Positions 24,883 through 38,128 are shown, counted from the first letter of the whole stretch. The stretch is 63,510 bases of DNA, filler included, from Licmophora abbreviata (GCA_900291995.1; 15 parts of 15 records of this genome joined end to end with filler, not necessarily neighbours in it); one strand, 5' to 3'. Made by a program: numbers and translations. The notes: generated from the letters alone by a model not told the origin.

Positions 24883-27800
24883 TTAGTCCGGTTGCCCCAT
24901 GCTCCGGTGCCCGCTCCTCATGCTCCTGCGGCTGTTGCCCACGCTCCGACGACTGCTACTCACGCTTCTGCGACTGCTGCCCACACTTCTGCGACTGCTG
25001 TTGTCACTAGGGTCCGTCCTGAATTTTGCCATTTTTTCTTCACTGAGTGATCCCTTGATCCGCGATGTGAAACTGCCAATTAATCCGCTTCGTTTCTTTT
25101 TTGGTAGGGGCCTCGGACTCCTTGGCGGCTCTGAGTCACCAATCGTAGAGTCGCTGAAGAGCAAACTATTCATAACTTTCGCAATCTGCGGATTCTCCTC
25201 GGCGAGTCCCAGCTCTTGGAACGCAGCATATGCTTCTGACCAGTTTCTTTTCGCCTTGATATCATCTCCTTGAATTTTATGTATATTGCCGATCATAAAT
25301 AGTACATTNNNNNNNNNNNNNNNNNNNNNNNNNNNNNNNNNNNNNNNNNNNNTTAATTAATTAANNNNNNNNNNNNNNNNNNNNNNNNNNNNNNNNNNNN
25401 NNNNNNNNTAGTACATTCACATAATCGCCATCTTTTCCTGCTTCGTTCTCTCTGCGAATGCGAATGAAATCCTCCAGGAAGACCCGAGCACGATCGAGGT
25501 CCCCGGATCGAAACTCCATTGTTCCCATGTACTGACTAACTGCAGCAACACTCTCGTCGTTTGCACCGTATACAAGGATCCGGATTTTTTGTGCTGTGGA
25601 TGGAAAGCAAGATAGAATGGTAAGTGTACAGTGACTTTGGCTTGCAACAGCAACAGAGTACAAGCCCAGCGCAGAAACTTACCCTCAAGATAGGCACTCA
25701 TAGCGTCATCGATGCGATCCTGGTCGCTGTTGACATTTCCAAGAGCAACCAAGGCATCAGCTACTTTGGCGTGATCGTCACCCAATTCAGATCGACGAAT
25801 GTTTAGGCACTCTTGGTAGCATTCAATCGCCAAATCATACTCCTGTTGTTCACGATGAACGTTGCCAAGATTCTTCAGAGTCTCACTGACCTTGATATGG
25901 TCCTTGTGGTGCTTTCTGACACGAAGCGCATCCCATAGCAGGGACAAAGCCCCGTCGAGATCGCCCCGTCGGGCTTGAAGAAAGCCCATCGTATTGAGAA
26001 TGTCACCGACCTCACTGGCATTCTCGCCCTGCAGGCTCTTACGAATGCTCAGCGCTTCCTCGAAACACTCCAATGCCTCCTCCGGCTGGTCTTTGTGATG
26101 AAGCGTGAAGCCCATTGAGTACAAGGTCGCCGCAACCTCTTCATCTTCAGGCCCAAGACGCTTCCGCCGAATATCGAGAGCGTCAACATAATTCAAATAA
26201 GCCTCATCGTACCGACCAATGTCATCCATGAGGTCACCCACTGCATGCAAAACAGTTGCGACAGACTCGTGTGAGTCTCCGTGAATCAACTTCCTAATTC
26301 GCAGGGCTTCAGCATATGCGACCTCGGCCTTGCTCGTCTTGCCGAGGACCTTGGAGAGGGTGCCGATCTTCTCGTGAGTCAGTGCCACCTTTGCACTGTT
26401 AGGTAGACGCAATTGACGAATCTTTAGTGCTTCTTCCAAACATTTCAAGGCCTTGTCCAGGCGACCCCGCGACTGATGAAGAAACGCCATGTTGAAAAGG
26501 GTGCTGGCCACGTCAAGATGAACAAAGCCCAGTACCTTCCGTCTTGCTTGGAGACTTTCCTCAAATAGCTTCATGGCTTTCTTGTGTTCCCCCTTCATCA
26601 AATACATGCAACCGATCAGATGAAGCAAGGATGCGATCTTTTCCTTTCGGTAGGGGACAACGGTAACAAAAATCTCAAGCGATTTTTCGTAGCACTTGAG
26701 CCCGACGTCTTGACGCCCTGCAAGGTTATTCATTGCACCCTCAATGGATAAGATATCTGCCGCTCTTTCATCTGGCTTCTCTGGATCAAGATCTCTTAAA
26801 CGGATGGCTTCTTCAAAATGGGTGATGGCTTGCTCTGCGTTATTCTCTTCTGAAAAACAATTGCCAATGTGCCGGTAGGTGATGGAAAGCTCTGGATGGT
26901 CATCCCCGAGCTCGACCTTCTTTGATCGAAGAGCATCTTGATAGCACCGCAATGCCTCCGAAACCTCGCCTTTGGAGTAATGAATGCTTCCCATGCTATC
27001 CAGGACATCCCCGATGTCAACTCGATTGCAGCTTGGCTCGATATGCATCACATCGATGCACCATTGATAACTTTCCATCGCCTCGTTGTAATCAGACATT
27101 CCCAAAAATACGTCTCCGATTCTCTGAATCGTCTTGGCATACAGAATGTGTTCCTCCCCATGAATGGCGCCACGGATGCGAAGACACTGCTTCAGCGATG
27201 CCAGAGCCTTCTCGTACTCATTCAGAAACGCATAAACTACTCCGACATTGTACAAGATAGCTGCTACGAACTCAACCATTCCCAGAGATGAAAGCAGCAG
27301 TTCCTGGCTGCTCTCCCAGTGCGCAATCGACGCTTGCCAGCATCGCTGTTCCGCAAGGGAAAAACCGATCTCGTAGTGCGCTCTGCCGGCCTCAATGCAC
27401 CGCGCTCTCTTATCCTCAACTCCCTCTCCTTCGCCATCGGCCGTGATCATCCCACCAATGGCTTGATACGCGCCTTTCATGGCGGTGTGAGGATCAATCG
27501 TGCTTCGAGCTCGTTTCGTTTGCCCCGATAGTAGTTTGAATAAGAGTTCGGTGTCGGTGATGTGGCGTTTGGCAGCATTCTCACGTCCTAGAGCATTGAT
27601 TCTGCCCCTCACAAAGACATTATCAGCGAGGAGTTTGGCCACTTGATCGTACATTCCGGCGCGAAGCATATGCGAAGGGAGCATCTCCACAGCGTAGTCA
27701 CGTGAAGCGTCTGGAAGTTCAGAGTCCCAATCAGCAGGGTTCACCAAGACCGCTTTGGCGAATGCCTTGTTCCATCGACGTTCTGCATCCTGGGTCATCT

Positions 27801-30409
27801 TTCGCATACTTTCGTCGTCGCTGGAAAGAAACTCGCCGTATTCGGTTTGGATGTAGTGCATGATCTGCAAATACCGTTGCTGCTCGCCAAGACTCCCTCG
27901 AGACGTATCCTGGGAGCGCTCGCAATCATCTGCATCTTCATTGTACGCCGTTATCACTTTAAGAACACCGAGTGCAGCAAGAGCTTCTGGTATCAACAAG
28001 GTCGCATCTCGCCTTTGCGTATAGAAGAGACTCCCCTCATGAAACAGGGTCGCTTCTTCCAAGTCGAGTAGAGTTTCAAACAGCAACTCGGCCGTCGAGA
28101 ATGGAATCATGGGCGGGCTCACCGAGGAAACAAAGTTCGAGTGGTAGCTTTCGTTGCAAAAGACAGTCACAAAGGCGGCAAAGCATGCTTTGATGACATT
28201 CGTTGGCTCGCCGTTAACCGCTGGAGAGAAGCTCATGCCCATTATCTCGTATATCATGTCAGCCCGCTGGTTGTCTCCACTTTTCAGAATATTGTCAATC
28301 GACTTAGCCATATCCTCGTGCACTTCCTCAACAGAGTTAACGACGCCCGCAGTAGCGTGCTTTAGATTCAGCCATCTTCCAACAGTTTTGACGGCAAGTG
28401 GGTGGTTTGCACACTCTCGTACAACCGAACGCGCCTCCTTGGACTCAGTCATGACGTGGTCGGACGACTGCCCCGATTCCGTCACAAGCAACTGAATAGC
28501 TTCCATTTCCTCTAACAAATCAATCTCCACTGTATCGGCCTCAGGCAAGAGGTTACGACACCTCGTTGTGACAAGAAGACCAGTCGAGTGGATGTCCTGA
28601 CCGCTTGAGCCCCGACTTACCAGAGACCGCATCGACTTGTTGTTGACCTGGGGTGCTTCAAAGTTGAACCATTCCAAGTCCGATTCAAACAGCACATTGT
28701 CTAAGACAATCAACACATTGCGATTATGAAGTAGCTCTGCAATTGTATCTCGAGCATAAACCATGAAGCCCTCTTCTCGCCGCCAGCGTTTTGATATGGA
28801 TTCTCCTGGAGTGTGCAACAACTCTGCAAAGAGCGGCACACCCTCGTAAAAAACCAGTTGCGACACCAGCTCGCGCAGACACTGCGTATACCGTGCATAC
28901 GTCAACTCCTCCGGTCCTACATAGATCCATGCTACTCCGTCTTTGAAGAATCTCCGCACGTCTATATTGGAGGCCACCATGGCTGCCATGGTCGTCTTGC
29001 CCACACCTCCCATCCCCATAGCCTCTTGATCATTCAGTACTTCTGGAACAGACGATATCGAGATCTTATTGACGCTCCCCGACACTCCAAGCGGATTGCG
29101 AATGGTCGATCGAATCGTAGAAAAGCTATCCAACAAGCTCGGATCCGACAAGGCATGCGGCGGCAAGAGACGCCGTAATATGCTTGACACGACAGAAATT
29201 CGGGGCAGCGGCTCTCCATGAATCTTGTCCAAAACATGCGACGCAGCCGGTGGCATCGGTGCGAGACGTGTCGAATCTTTATGATCTGTTCCCTCACTTT
29301 GTTGGTGTTCTGACGGAACTCCAGCCACCTCACACACCAACGCCAAATCCCTAGTATTCGGACACCATTGATCCGTACTGACCAAGACTTCAAAGCAGAC
29401 TTGCCGAAATAACCAAGTATCATTCGTCACGTACAGTGTTTTCAGTTCTTCCACATGCCCCGTCCGACTCCAAGCACGTCGTAACTCCCCCGTCAATTGA
29501 TATTCCGGAAAGTCATCGCCGTCGCTGTTGCATACTACTGCTAGTTCTAAGACGGATCGATCCAAGAGTTCCAAGAGTGTCACAAAAGCTGTTTCGCTCC
29601 TCGGATTCCATTCGCGCCGTAGCCCCACCCGATGAACTAAATCGCATAGCATGCGTACCAGTAACTGTGTTCGAGCGAGTAGTATCCATACTTGTTCCGT
29701 CATTGTCAGCTCTTCTTCATTCACTATATAGTCTTGCAGTATTGGTTGGACGCTGGCAAAGATACGATCCAGGGTCGGTGCGTGTCCAAAGACAGCATGC
29801 AGTGGTTCCATGACGATGGCTGGTTTAGTGGAAGATTCATTCGGATCATTCGTCTTGCTGGTAGAGTGAAAGGTAGCGTAAAGTTCGAGTTCATCTGAGA
29901 GTTGCAGCAATGCTGCCAATAAGGCTTCGAATCCGTACAATAAATACTGCGCTGGTCGGTTCACGGTATTGCTTGTTGTTGCATACATAGCTTCACCACC
30001 CTGGTCGTTGCCTTCGTCGTTTGGATTGCTACTCCTCTTGTCCTTCATTAATTGTCGAACTCCAAAGGCACTGTTGTAATTATAACCACCGTTACGTTCA
30101 TTGGCCTGTTCCATGGCCAGTCCGAGTTGAAGTATGTTACTTTCGAAGTGTTCCAATGCAGGATTGCGTAAGGTCTTGCCCTGTTCGTGTCGCAAGTGTG
30201 CCAATTGTCGGTGTCGTTGCCGTCGTCGTGTTGAAGCTTCTTCTTCGTCTTGTGCTACTAATTGGAGCATACTAGTAGTACTCCTGGAAGAGGAGAAGGG
30301 TTGCTGATGTTTTTGCGAAAAGATGGAATAAGAGGCAGTGATAAGCGAGTGGGAAAGCGAAGAGACGGTAGTTGTCGTGGGCGATCGACGGTGATGAGAT
30401 GCAGCATCT
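24883..30409 (-). CDS. NB-ARC (STAND NTPase)-TPR protein; intron 25594-25682; continues across the 25309 spacer and probably to 30510-31202
   Basis: GMGGVGKTT P-loop, LIVLDNV Walker B, LVTTR, HPLAV, then many kinesin-light-chain-type TPRs. Contigs overlap by TAGTACATT at the 25309 spacer. Confidence 0.8.
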
Positions 30410-30509
30410 NNNNNNNNNNNNNNNNNNNNNNNNNNNNNNNNNNNNNNNNNNNNTTAATTAATTAANNNNNNNNNNNNNNNNNNNNNNNNNNNNNNNNNNN
30501 NNNNNNNNN

Positions 30510-31202
30510 CGATTGGCGACGACGGGGAGGACGCTGTTCTTCGCTGGGCTCTTGTTGCTTTTCTTCTGCAAGCGAAGTAGAGGACACTGATGCGTCAAGA
30601 TGATGTTCTTCCTCCAAAGATGACGATTCATCTTGATAAAAGTCGTCGTGCAAGGATGTGGCGGTCGATCGACTCGTACCAGTGGCATTACTACGACTCG
30701 TACGTTGCGACTGCGAGTAGTAGGATGCCGCTGATGCGGACGACGACCGTTGTTCTTGTTGTAAAGTAGGAAAAGAAGAAGATGATGCAGCAGAGGAAGA
30801 AAACTTTCGTTCTTGACGTTGTTGGGGAAGAGAATTAGTGAAAGAAGAAGAAGAGGCATCAGCAGAGGTAGAAAAGTCATCTTGTCGTTGTTGTGGCGGC
30901 GATGTTCTGAAAGAGGATGATTCACCACTCAAGTAGGAAGACGACGAAGATGAGGATGCGTCATCATCATCGTCGTCGTGGCTGCTGCCGTATCGACTGT
31001 CGTAAAAGGAAGAAGAAGTGCCCGACTCGCTGCTGCTGCCGGTACTACTGAAGGAATCACCGTCACTTAGATTTCGTGTTCTTCCAATTGGACGCGTCAG
31101 ATAGTCGTCTCCTTCGTCATATTCCAACGACGACTCTTCGTCTTTTTCGTCTCGGTACTGTTGCTGATGCTGCATCATAGTATGATGTTGATGTGTAAGC
31201 AA
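30510..31202 (-). CDS. Low-complexity Ser/Asp/Gln-rich ORF, probable N-terminus of the NB-ARC-TPR gene
   Basis: Open frame running into the spacer on the same strand as the NB-ARC-TPR ORF. Confidence 0.45.
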
Positions 31203-31859
31203 ACACTCTCTCTGTGTGCTCCGAGGTACAGTATGATACGAGTTGGCGGTCGTGCCTCGTGACGGATACCATCACTTTCACAAAATTGACGCGCGGTGGA
31301 TCCGTATGATAGAGAAAAAGTATCTCGCTCATTTTTTCAGTTTTGCCAAAGCGCAATTGGCTCTTTCTGAATTTTATATCATGTATACCTAGCTTAATGT
31401 GGAATAAATTTTTGAATGCTAAAATGGCTGGTTAAAGAGATATAATTAAGAAAGTTAAATCCGTTGAACACACCATAATATAGATCAATACTCGAATATA
31501 TGATAAAAAGGGCCAACGCAACGCACTCGAAGCAAGAAACCCGGAGAACTGGCACCAGTCCTTTCTGGTAACGACTTCCGAAACGTGCAAGTCGGTGGTA
31601 TAGGCTAGAGTATACCGGTAGCTCTACAGCGAGGTTGGTGCCACAGCATGCATAACAAGTCTCACCGTACGTACGAAGCTGGTAATTCGTATTAGCTACT
31701 TTACATTCTTGGAGAGTGGCATCGTACTTTGTCTTCTGCTAGTATCATGATTGTCATGATGGCGTAGCTAGCTTCCCTGATTGTAGAACGATTACTTGCT
31801 TCGAGAGTGATTCGATATCCTTCCACGTTTGCTTGTTCCATTGTTGTTGGATTCAGACA

Positions 31860-33180
31860 CTACCATGGTTGGCCCTGCGCCGCAGCTGTACTTTTTCTTC
31901 TTTTCTTCAAACCAAACCTAGACGCCACAAAGGGGAGGAAGGCCTCCACGTCCAGCGTCACATTCTCGGGCGAATAGTCAATTCGAAACGTACCATCTTC
32001 CTTACACCCCTCAAACTCTTCATATATAAAGTGTTCCACAAAGAGTCCTCTGGCGAACGACCCGAACCATTGGCTACCCAAGAATCGAGCATCCCCGTAC
32101 CACTGCCGCTTGTCTCGTGCTTGGTCCCGAGAGGTCAGATTGACGTTTAGTGGTGGTTCCTGCGGTGCAACTAGAGTACCATCATCGGGACACGCAATCT
32201 CCATGGTGCGAGCGCCTGGGCGGGTAAAGATTAGGTTGGCCAAGTGGGCTCCGTGAGGAGCAATGATACGGGGAAACTTGTTGAAAAGGGCCGCCTGTTG
32301 GTCATAGTTGAGACGCGAGTACTGTGCCCCCCAATGATCGATTTTGACATGATAACGCTCTTCGAGTTTTTCTTTGAGCTCATCCGAATTGACAAGAACG
32401 CGACGTTCGACATTTTTGCGATCGTACAAAAGGATGGGTAGGTCTCGTTTTCTTGTCAGTTCGTCGTCAGACCACTCGTCGGAAACGAGCCCCGGCGTGC
32501 CCTTGAGAGCCATTTTCTGCAATTGCCGGACGCTGCTTCTCGCTAGTTGTCCTTTGGGATATCGATATCCTGAGATACGTGGTACAATGAGCTTCCGAAA
32601 GCACATTGGGTCGCCACGCTGCTGTTGCTGCGGCCGTCGAACGAGCCCGTTGTCAATGTTAATCAGCCCGGTTTGTTTCATAAAATTGCAGCACCACCAT
32701 TGTTCTTCATTCGGGTCATTGCTTGTGGGACACACGTCAAAGAAGCCCCAGAACCCCATGTGAAAGAACTGAGAGTAAAATGGCATCGTTGTAGATTCAT
32801 TCTGTCGGCTCTTCAGGTCGACAGCAAGCGAGAAGGCAACGTCAGTTAAGCAGTGCGCCGGATTCATCCAGAGGTTCATAAAAAACAAGGTTTCCTCTGT
32901 CACAAGCCCCCCGCGACTGTGAGTCTCCCATTCATGAAGGGGTCTCCCCACCGTCTCCACTGAGAATCTTGCCCACCCTGCCTCACCATCATCCAACGGA
33001 AACGCCGAGCGCAAGCTTCCTCCGTCCCTGCTGTACGAGTAGAAGGCTCCAGGGTGACCATCTTCCTCTTGAAACTCGACGATACACACATTTTCAAAGA
33101 CGTCCGCTCCTTCTGAAATCTGGTAGATGCGAGTTTCATTCTCGGTCGATATTTTGGGCACAGAAGTGCCTCGCAGCAGC
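31860..33180 (-). CDS. Glycosyltransferase family 61-like protein, 5'-partial
   Basis: NPAHCLTD, RRVLVN, QQAALF, IAPHGAHLANLIF motifs. Confidence 0.7.
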
Positions 33181-33503
33181 NNNNNNNNNNNNNNNNNNNN
33201 NNNNNNNNNNNNNNNNNNNNNNNNTTAATTAATTAANNNNNNNNNNNNNNNNNNNNNNNNNNNNNNNNNNNNNNNNNNNNATGTCGTATACGACATACAC
33301 AAGACACTTCTGTGCTCTTCGGACTATATATGATACGATATCCAAGGAGGATGAAACTGATTCGATGATGAAAAGATGGATGATGCCGAGGTGATCGGTC
33401 TAAAAGGCATACTTGTACCAGGTTGCTTCTTGCAGTCCCCTTTGGAGCAACCATCATAGCCGATATACTTTACAACTTGCATCTCATAAAGCTGTCATTC
33501 ATC

Positions 33504-34955
33504 ATGGCTGATCCATCACCAGAGCCTCCCCAGTTCTCTCTTTCTGCTATTGCGCTTCTCTTTTGTGTCCCTGCGCTCGGCGGAGCGCTGTTTGGTTTCG
33601 ACATCGGCGCCGCCTCGTATGCGATCACTCAAATGATGAGCGAGGACTTATCGGGAACAAGCTGGTGGCACGCTGTGGAGTCGAGTCCAGCGCTCACAGG
33701 AATTATTGTCTCGTCTGGGTCCTTTGGAGCCCTCATGGGCAGTCTGGCAATTTTCAACATTGCCGATGTTATTGGCAGACGGATGGAACTTCGTGTCGGC
33801 GCAACATTGTACTTAGTGGGAGCGATTCTTGAAGTATCCTCGTCCAGACTGGGCCTCCTTGTCTTGATCGTGGGCCGACTGGTCTTTGGAATTGCGATCG
33901 GAGTGACCATGCATGGTGCACCGACGTACCTAGCCGAAATGGGACCCAGCAGTATTCGAGGGCTCCTCGTGTCATTGAAGGAAGCTTCTATAGTTTTGGG
34001 AATCCTGGTTGGCTACTTGATTGGTTTTTCCTTTTCTACAACCAAAGGTGGATGGACGTACACGTACGCCTCGAGCATGGTTGCAGCAGTGCTTATGCTC
34101 GGCCTATCCTTTGTCATCCCTCGCAGCTACCGCTGGCTCTTGTTGAAGAACTTGGACGACGAAGCTCTGGACTCTGTGCGCTTTGTCTTTTGCGAGAGCG
34201 CCGCGGAACAAGAATTTGCCCAAATGAAAGAAAAGCACGATGAAAACCAAGCAAATATCAGCCAGGACGACCACAAGGCAGTCTGGGACAAGGCCTATCG
34301 AGGTCCCATGGTGGCGGCTGTTGGTTTAGTGGTCTTGCAGCAAGTCACAGGCCAGCCGTCGGTTTTGTCGTACGCAACACCCATTTTTCAGGAAGCCATG
34401 TTGTCCGACTATGCAAGTGTACTTGTTGCAGCTTTCAAGCTCGTGGCCACGCTTGCCGCTGCCGCGACCGTGGAAAAGTTCGGCCGGAAGAATCTTCTCT
34501 ATTCGGGATGCTCGCTCATGCTTGTCGCGTTGATTGTCTTATCCTTTTTGTTTGGCAAGACGGGAAGCGCCACGGAATCTTGTATTCTGTTGGCAATGTT
34601 TCTTTACATTGGAGGATACCAGTTCTCGTTCGGTCCCATTACATGGCTCATTATCAGTGAAGTCTTTCCGTTGAATGTCCGTGGCCAAGCGGTTGCGCTC
34701 TCTGTACAGACGAACTTCTTTCTCAACGCTGTAGTTCAGTTTGGTGTTCCAGTCTTGCAAAAGTTGGTGGGTCTCAATGTGACCTTTGGAATATTTGCCT
34801 TCCTGACAGCGTACAGCATTTACTTCGTACGAGTTCATGTCGTCGAGACGAAGGGTCTTACTCTGGAGGAGATCGAACAGAAGTTCAAAGAACGTGACGC
34901 GACGAGATTGCAGGCTTCCAGAGCAGCCGAGATGGAACCGCTCTTATTGGAGTGA
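33504..34955 (+). CDS. MFS sugar porter (D-xylose/vacuolar glucose transporter-like)
   Basis: GGALFGFDIG, GRR, YLAEMGPSSIRG, QQVTGQPSVLSY, GPITWLIISEVFP, ETKGLTLEEIE; about 12 hydrophobic segments. Confidence 0.9.
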   Translation: MADPSPEPPQFSLSAIALLFCVPALGGALFGFDIGAASYAITQMMSEDLSGTSWWHAVESSPALTGIIVSSGSFGALMGSLAIFNIADVIGRRMELRVGATLYLVGAILEVSSSRLGLLVLIVGRLVFGIAIGVTMHGAPTYLAEMGPSSIRGLLVSLKEASIVLGILVGYLIGFSFSTTKGGWTYTYASSMVAAVLMLGLSFVIPRSYRWLLLKNLDDEALDSVRFVFCESAAEQEFAQMKEKHDENQANISQDDHKAVWDKAYRGPMVAAVGLVVLQQVTGQPSVLSYATPIFQEAMLSDYASVLVAAFKLVATLAAAATVEKFGRKNLLYSGCSLMLVALIVLSFLFGKTGSATESCILLAMFLYIGGYQFSFGPITWLIISEVFPLNVRGQAVALSVQTNFFLNAVVQFGVPVLQKLVGLNVTFGIFAFLTAYSIYFVRVHVVETKGLTLEEIEQKFKERDATRLQASRAAEMEPLLLE

Positions 34956-35609
34956 ATTGCAAGTCCTCTTACATTATGATCGAATCGCACCGTCCGTATT
35001 TATACTTGAAACACCTAATCAAGACGTATCCCACAAATCGAAACAAAGCTCCAGCGGAGACGCTTGTTCGCTTCTCTTTCCGTTCCTTGTTACAGTACTG
35101 CCCGTCACAAACCTCTCACGCGCTTCAGATGTCGCTACGGACAATTTCGTCGTCGATGGGCCAACAAGTTCAGCTGTGGTTCCTCACGCTTCCTGAGTCG
35201 GATCACGGAACATCATGGAACTTGTCAGTCATCGTGGTGGATCATGTCGGTGAGCACTGCAATACCAGGTTCAAGGTATTAGCTAGTGGGTGTAGTCTCC
35301 GGAGAACATTGTGTGATCGAATCCATGAAAGCGACGAGCTCGCGAGCTCCACTATCTCTCTACATCTGTTCGGAGATACGTCACGCTGACGCAGGGCACG
35401 CGGATGACGAAGTCAGTTTGAAGTCCTGAAGTTTGACACTTGAAACATAAACCATGACGACGAGGGACGCTCGNNNNNNNNNNNNNNNNNNNNNNNNNNN
35501 NNNNNNNNNNNNNNNNNTTAATTAATTAANNNNNNNNNNNNNNNNNNNNNNNNNNNNNNNNNNNNNNNNNNNNTGAAACATAAACCATGACGACGAGGGA
35601 CGCTCGAAC

Positions 35610-37298
35610 ATGACACACTTTTCATACCGCATCCCTGCGGCTCTAGCATTGGCTTTCCAGGCATGCCTTAACAGTGCCTTTACATACCAGAATTTAGGTT
35701 TGAGTTCGCGAAAGCTACGTCGTTACACTCTCCAAAATCGCCTTGAACGTGTTGGACGTAGGTCACAGCGGATTCACAGCCTCACCAATCCCAACGACGA
35801 GTGGTCCGATTTTGACGACTTTGTTGGGGATGGCGATGATGACAGCAGTCAATCTTTTCGAAATGTTTTGCAGAATCGAGCTGTCGATGATCTATCGGCG
35901 TGTCAACAACGTCAGTTTTCATTGGGTGCAGACTTGACTCTTTCTGATTTTGCTGGAAGCCTCGGATTCGATGAGGTGACAGACTGGGAGTATTACACCG
36001 TTGACCAAGACGAAGATGGGAATCGTGTGGACAAAACAAAGAAGGTCGTCCAACCCAACCCACTTGATCCCAATCAACCAAAGCGAACTCGGGAAAGCAG
36101 TGGGAGCGTCGTGCGGATTTTCAGGGGAGAATTAGAAGGGGCGCTGGGCAGCACGTTGCGATCGCAGGGACTAGATCGACGTGTACTCGTCAAAGAGTTT
36201 TCTGGAAAACTGGCATTAGACTTGGCGCGTGGAGAATGGCAGTCTATTGGCAAGCTGCAATCTCGGCTCTTATTGGACAAGGAGAAGATCGACCCGGACA
36301 ACAAGGGATCCTGGGTTGAGACGGCGGCGACCCGAACCAGGGAAGCACGAAAAGACAATGCCAACCTTATGACTCTCTTACAGCTGTTATCAAAAGAATC
36401 TTTTGCCGGCATCCTAGGCGAAGTGAACTTGGCCGAACTCGAGGGCAGCTGGGACCCGAACGAGTTCTACCGTGCCTTGGGCGTGCCACCGCCGAAAACT
36501 GGGGCCGTATGGATCGTTTATGAGTACACAGGGCTGTCGACCGTCACCGGGTACTGTCAACCAGCACTGAAACGGCGCCAGTCGCTGCCTGTCCAACGTG
36601 GCTTATTTGGTAATCCCATGCCACCTGCCAGCCTACCTCCTTGGAAAGAACGTGCGAGATATGTGGTTAGTGGCATTATGAAGCAAGCTCTCCAAGCGGT
36701 GGCAATGCTTCACGAATCCACCATTGCTCACCGTAGTATTGGTCGCAGTAGCTTGATTCTGAGTAGCGTCGGCATGGACAAAGCAGAAGCATCTTCCGTG
36801 ATTGCGCTGCTACCAGCACGACTAGTCGTCAAGTTGACCGACTTGGGCTTTTCGGGCTCGTTACAAGACTACAACGACGATCTATTGGCGCGTGCCAACA
36901 CGTTTGGCTTTTCACGAGGAGTACTGAGCAGTGATCCTGCTGCCGTGGCGGCTTTTGCCGTAGCAGAAGATTTGCATGCACTAGGGTTCGTCTTTGTCGG
37001 TCTGTTGCTGACAAGCCTCGCGGAAATACCGTCACCGGAATACAGCTTGCCGGCGACGGACGAAGATACACTACAACGGCTCATGGGTGACATATTTGGA
37101 AAGGACATGGAACAGTTTCGAGAGTACGTCGATGCGGAGGAAAATATATGGTCCAATGTAGTGCAGTTGCTGGACGAGTATGAAGGATGGATGCTGCTAG
37201 AGGAAATGTGTTTTGCGCGAGAGCGAGTCGCCGGTTATTACGCCAAAAATGACACGCTAACCGCACGGGCACTGCTGGCAAGTAAGATGTTTCGATGA
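35610..37298 (+). CDS. Plastid-targeted protein-kinase-fold protein, probable pseudokinase
   Basis: Signal ending NSA|F. Motifs VLVKE, HRSIGRSS (no catalytic Asp), KLTDLGFS, EDLHALG. Confidence 0.65.
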   Translation: MTHFSYRIPAALALAFQACLNSAFTYQNLGLSSRKLRRYTLQNRLERVGRRSQRIHSLTNPNDEWSDFDDFVGDGDDDSSQSFRNVLQNRAVDDLSACQQRQFSLGADLTLSDFAGSLGFDEVTDWEYYTVDQDEDGNRVDKTKKVVQPNPLDPNQPKRTRESSGSVVRIFRGELEGALGSTLRSQGLDRRVLVKEFSGKLALDLARGEWQSIGKLQSRLLLDKEKIDPDNKGSWVETAATRTREARKDNANLMTLLQLLSKESFAGILGEVNLAELEGSWDPNEFYRALGVPPPKTGAVWIVYEYTGLSTVTGYCQPALKRRQSLPVQRGLFGNPMPPASLPPWKERARYVVSGIMKQALQAVAMLHESTIAHRSIGRSSLILSSVGMDKAEASSVIALLPARLVVKLTDLGFSGSLQDYNDDLLARANTFGFSRGVLSSDPAAVAAFAVAEDLHALGFVFVGLLLTSLAEIPSPEYSLPATDEDTLQRLMGDIFGKDMEQFREYVDAEENIWSNVVQLLDEYEGWMLLEEMCFARERVAGYYAKNDTLTARALLASKMFR

Positions 37299-37382
37299 TC
37301 GTAACGAGGATGAGTCATTGAGAGTTGAATATAATTTAGGATACACCACCAACGGCTCCTCAATACAACTAGCATGCGCACT

Positions 37383-38128
37383 CTACCACTTGGTAACCCG
37401 CGTTTCTGAGAGTCACGCACAGCAGAAAACACTGGTGGTAAGCACATGCGGGCGCCGTTCGCACTAATTATGTACAAAGTACAAATATCCCATCGGTACT
37501 CACCTACTGGATTTCGGTCTCGCAGATAGTACAGCTTCGCACGCTTCACCTTTCGCTTCTTCTTAAACACAAAGTTCTCTTCCAAGACTCGTAGACTCTT
37601 GACAAGTGGGGAATGCAAAGGAATCTTGCGTTCGACGGGTTCTCCAAACACCACGTCGCGCAGGTAGATCGAGGTACCGAGTCCCCGGTTGATTTTTCCC
37701 AGCACGACGCCCCGTACTTTCTCGCGTTCCGACGAGTTGACGCCTCCTTGCGGGACTAATTCCAGTTCAATCGCATCGCCAACACGGAAATTGGTGTCAA
37801 AGACTTCCCGACTTGCATCCTTGCTCTTCTCAACTGCCTCCTGCTGCAGTTCGTGCAAGAGCTTGGAGGCGCGCCTGCGTGGCGACTTGAACTTGACGTA
37901 GTTTCGATAGCGAGGACGCTTTCCATGATGCAGCACCGCCTTATCATCGACAAGGAACGACTCATCTTCTTCTCTAGGTGCATTCGACCCATCCACTACG
38001 GTGGCCTCAGAGACAAGAGGAGAAGCAGCGGCAGCCTTAGTCGAGAAGCACCTAAAACTAGTTGGGATATTTCGCGAAGCGAAACTCGCTACCGATGCCC
38101 CGACTCGACCGCAGAAGCGACTAGTCAT
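37383..38128 (-). CDS. MRPL19: Mitochondrial ribosomal protein L19 (bL19m); intron 37406-37503
   Basis: FRVGD, GVVLG, PLHSPLV, KVKRAKLYYLR; Arg/Ser-rich presequence; GTGAGT...CTCAG intron. Confidence 0.85.

Noticed and set aside
35440..35606. Direct repeat on both sides of a spacer (also TAGTACATT at the 25309 spacer)
   Set aside because: These are overlapping ends of adjacent contigs, not genomic duplications.
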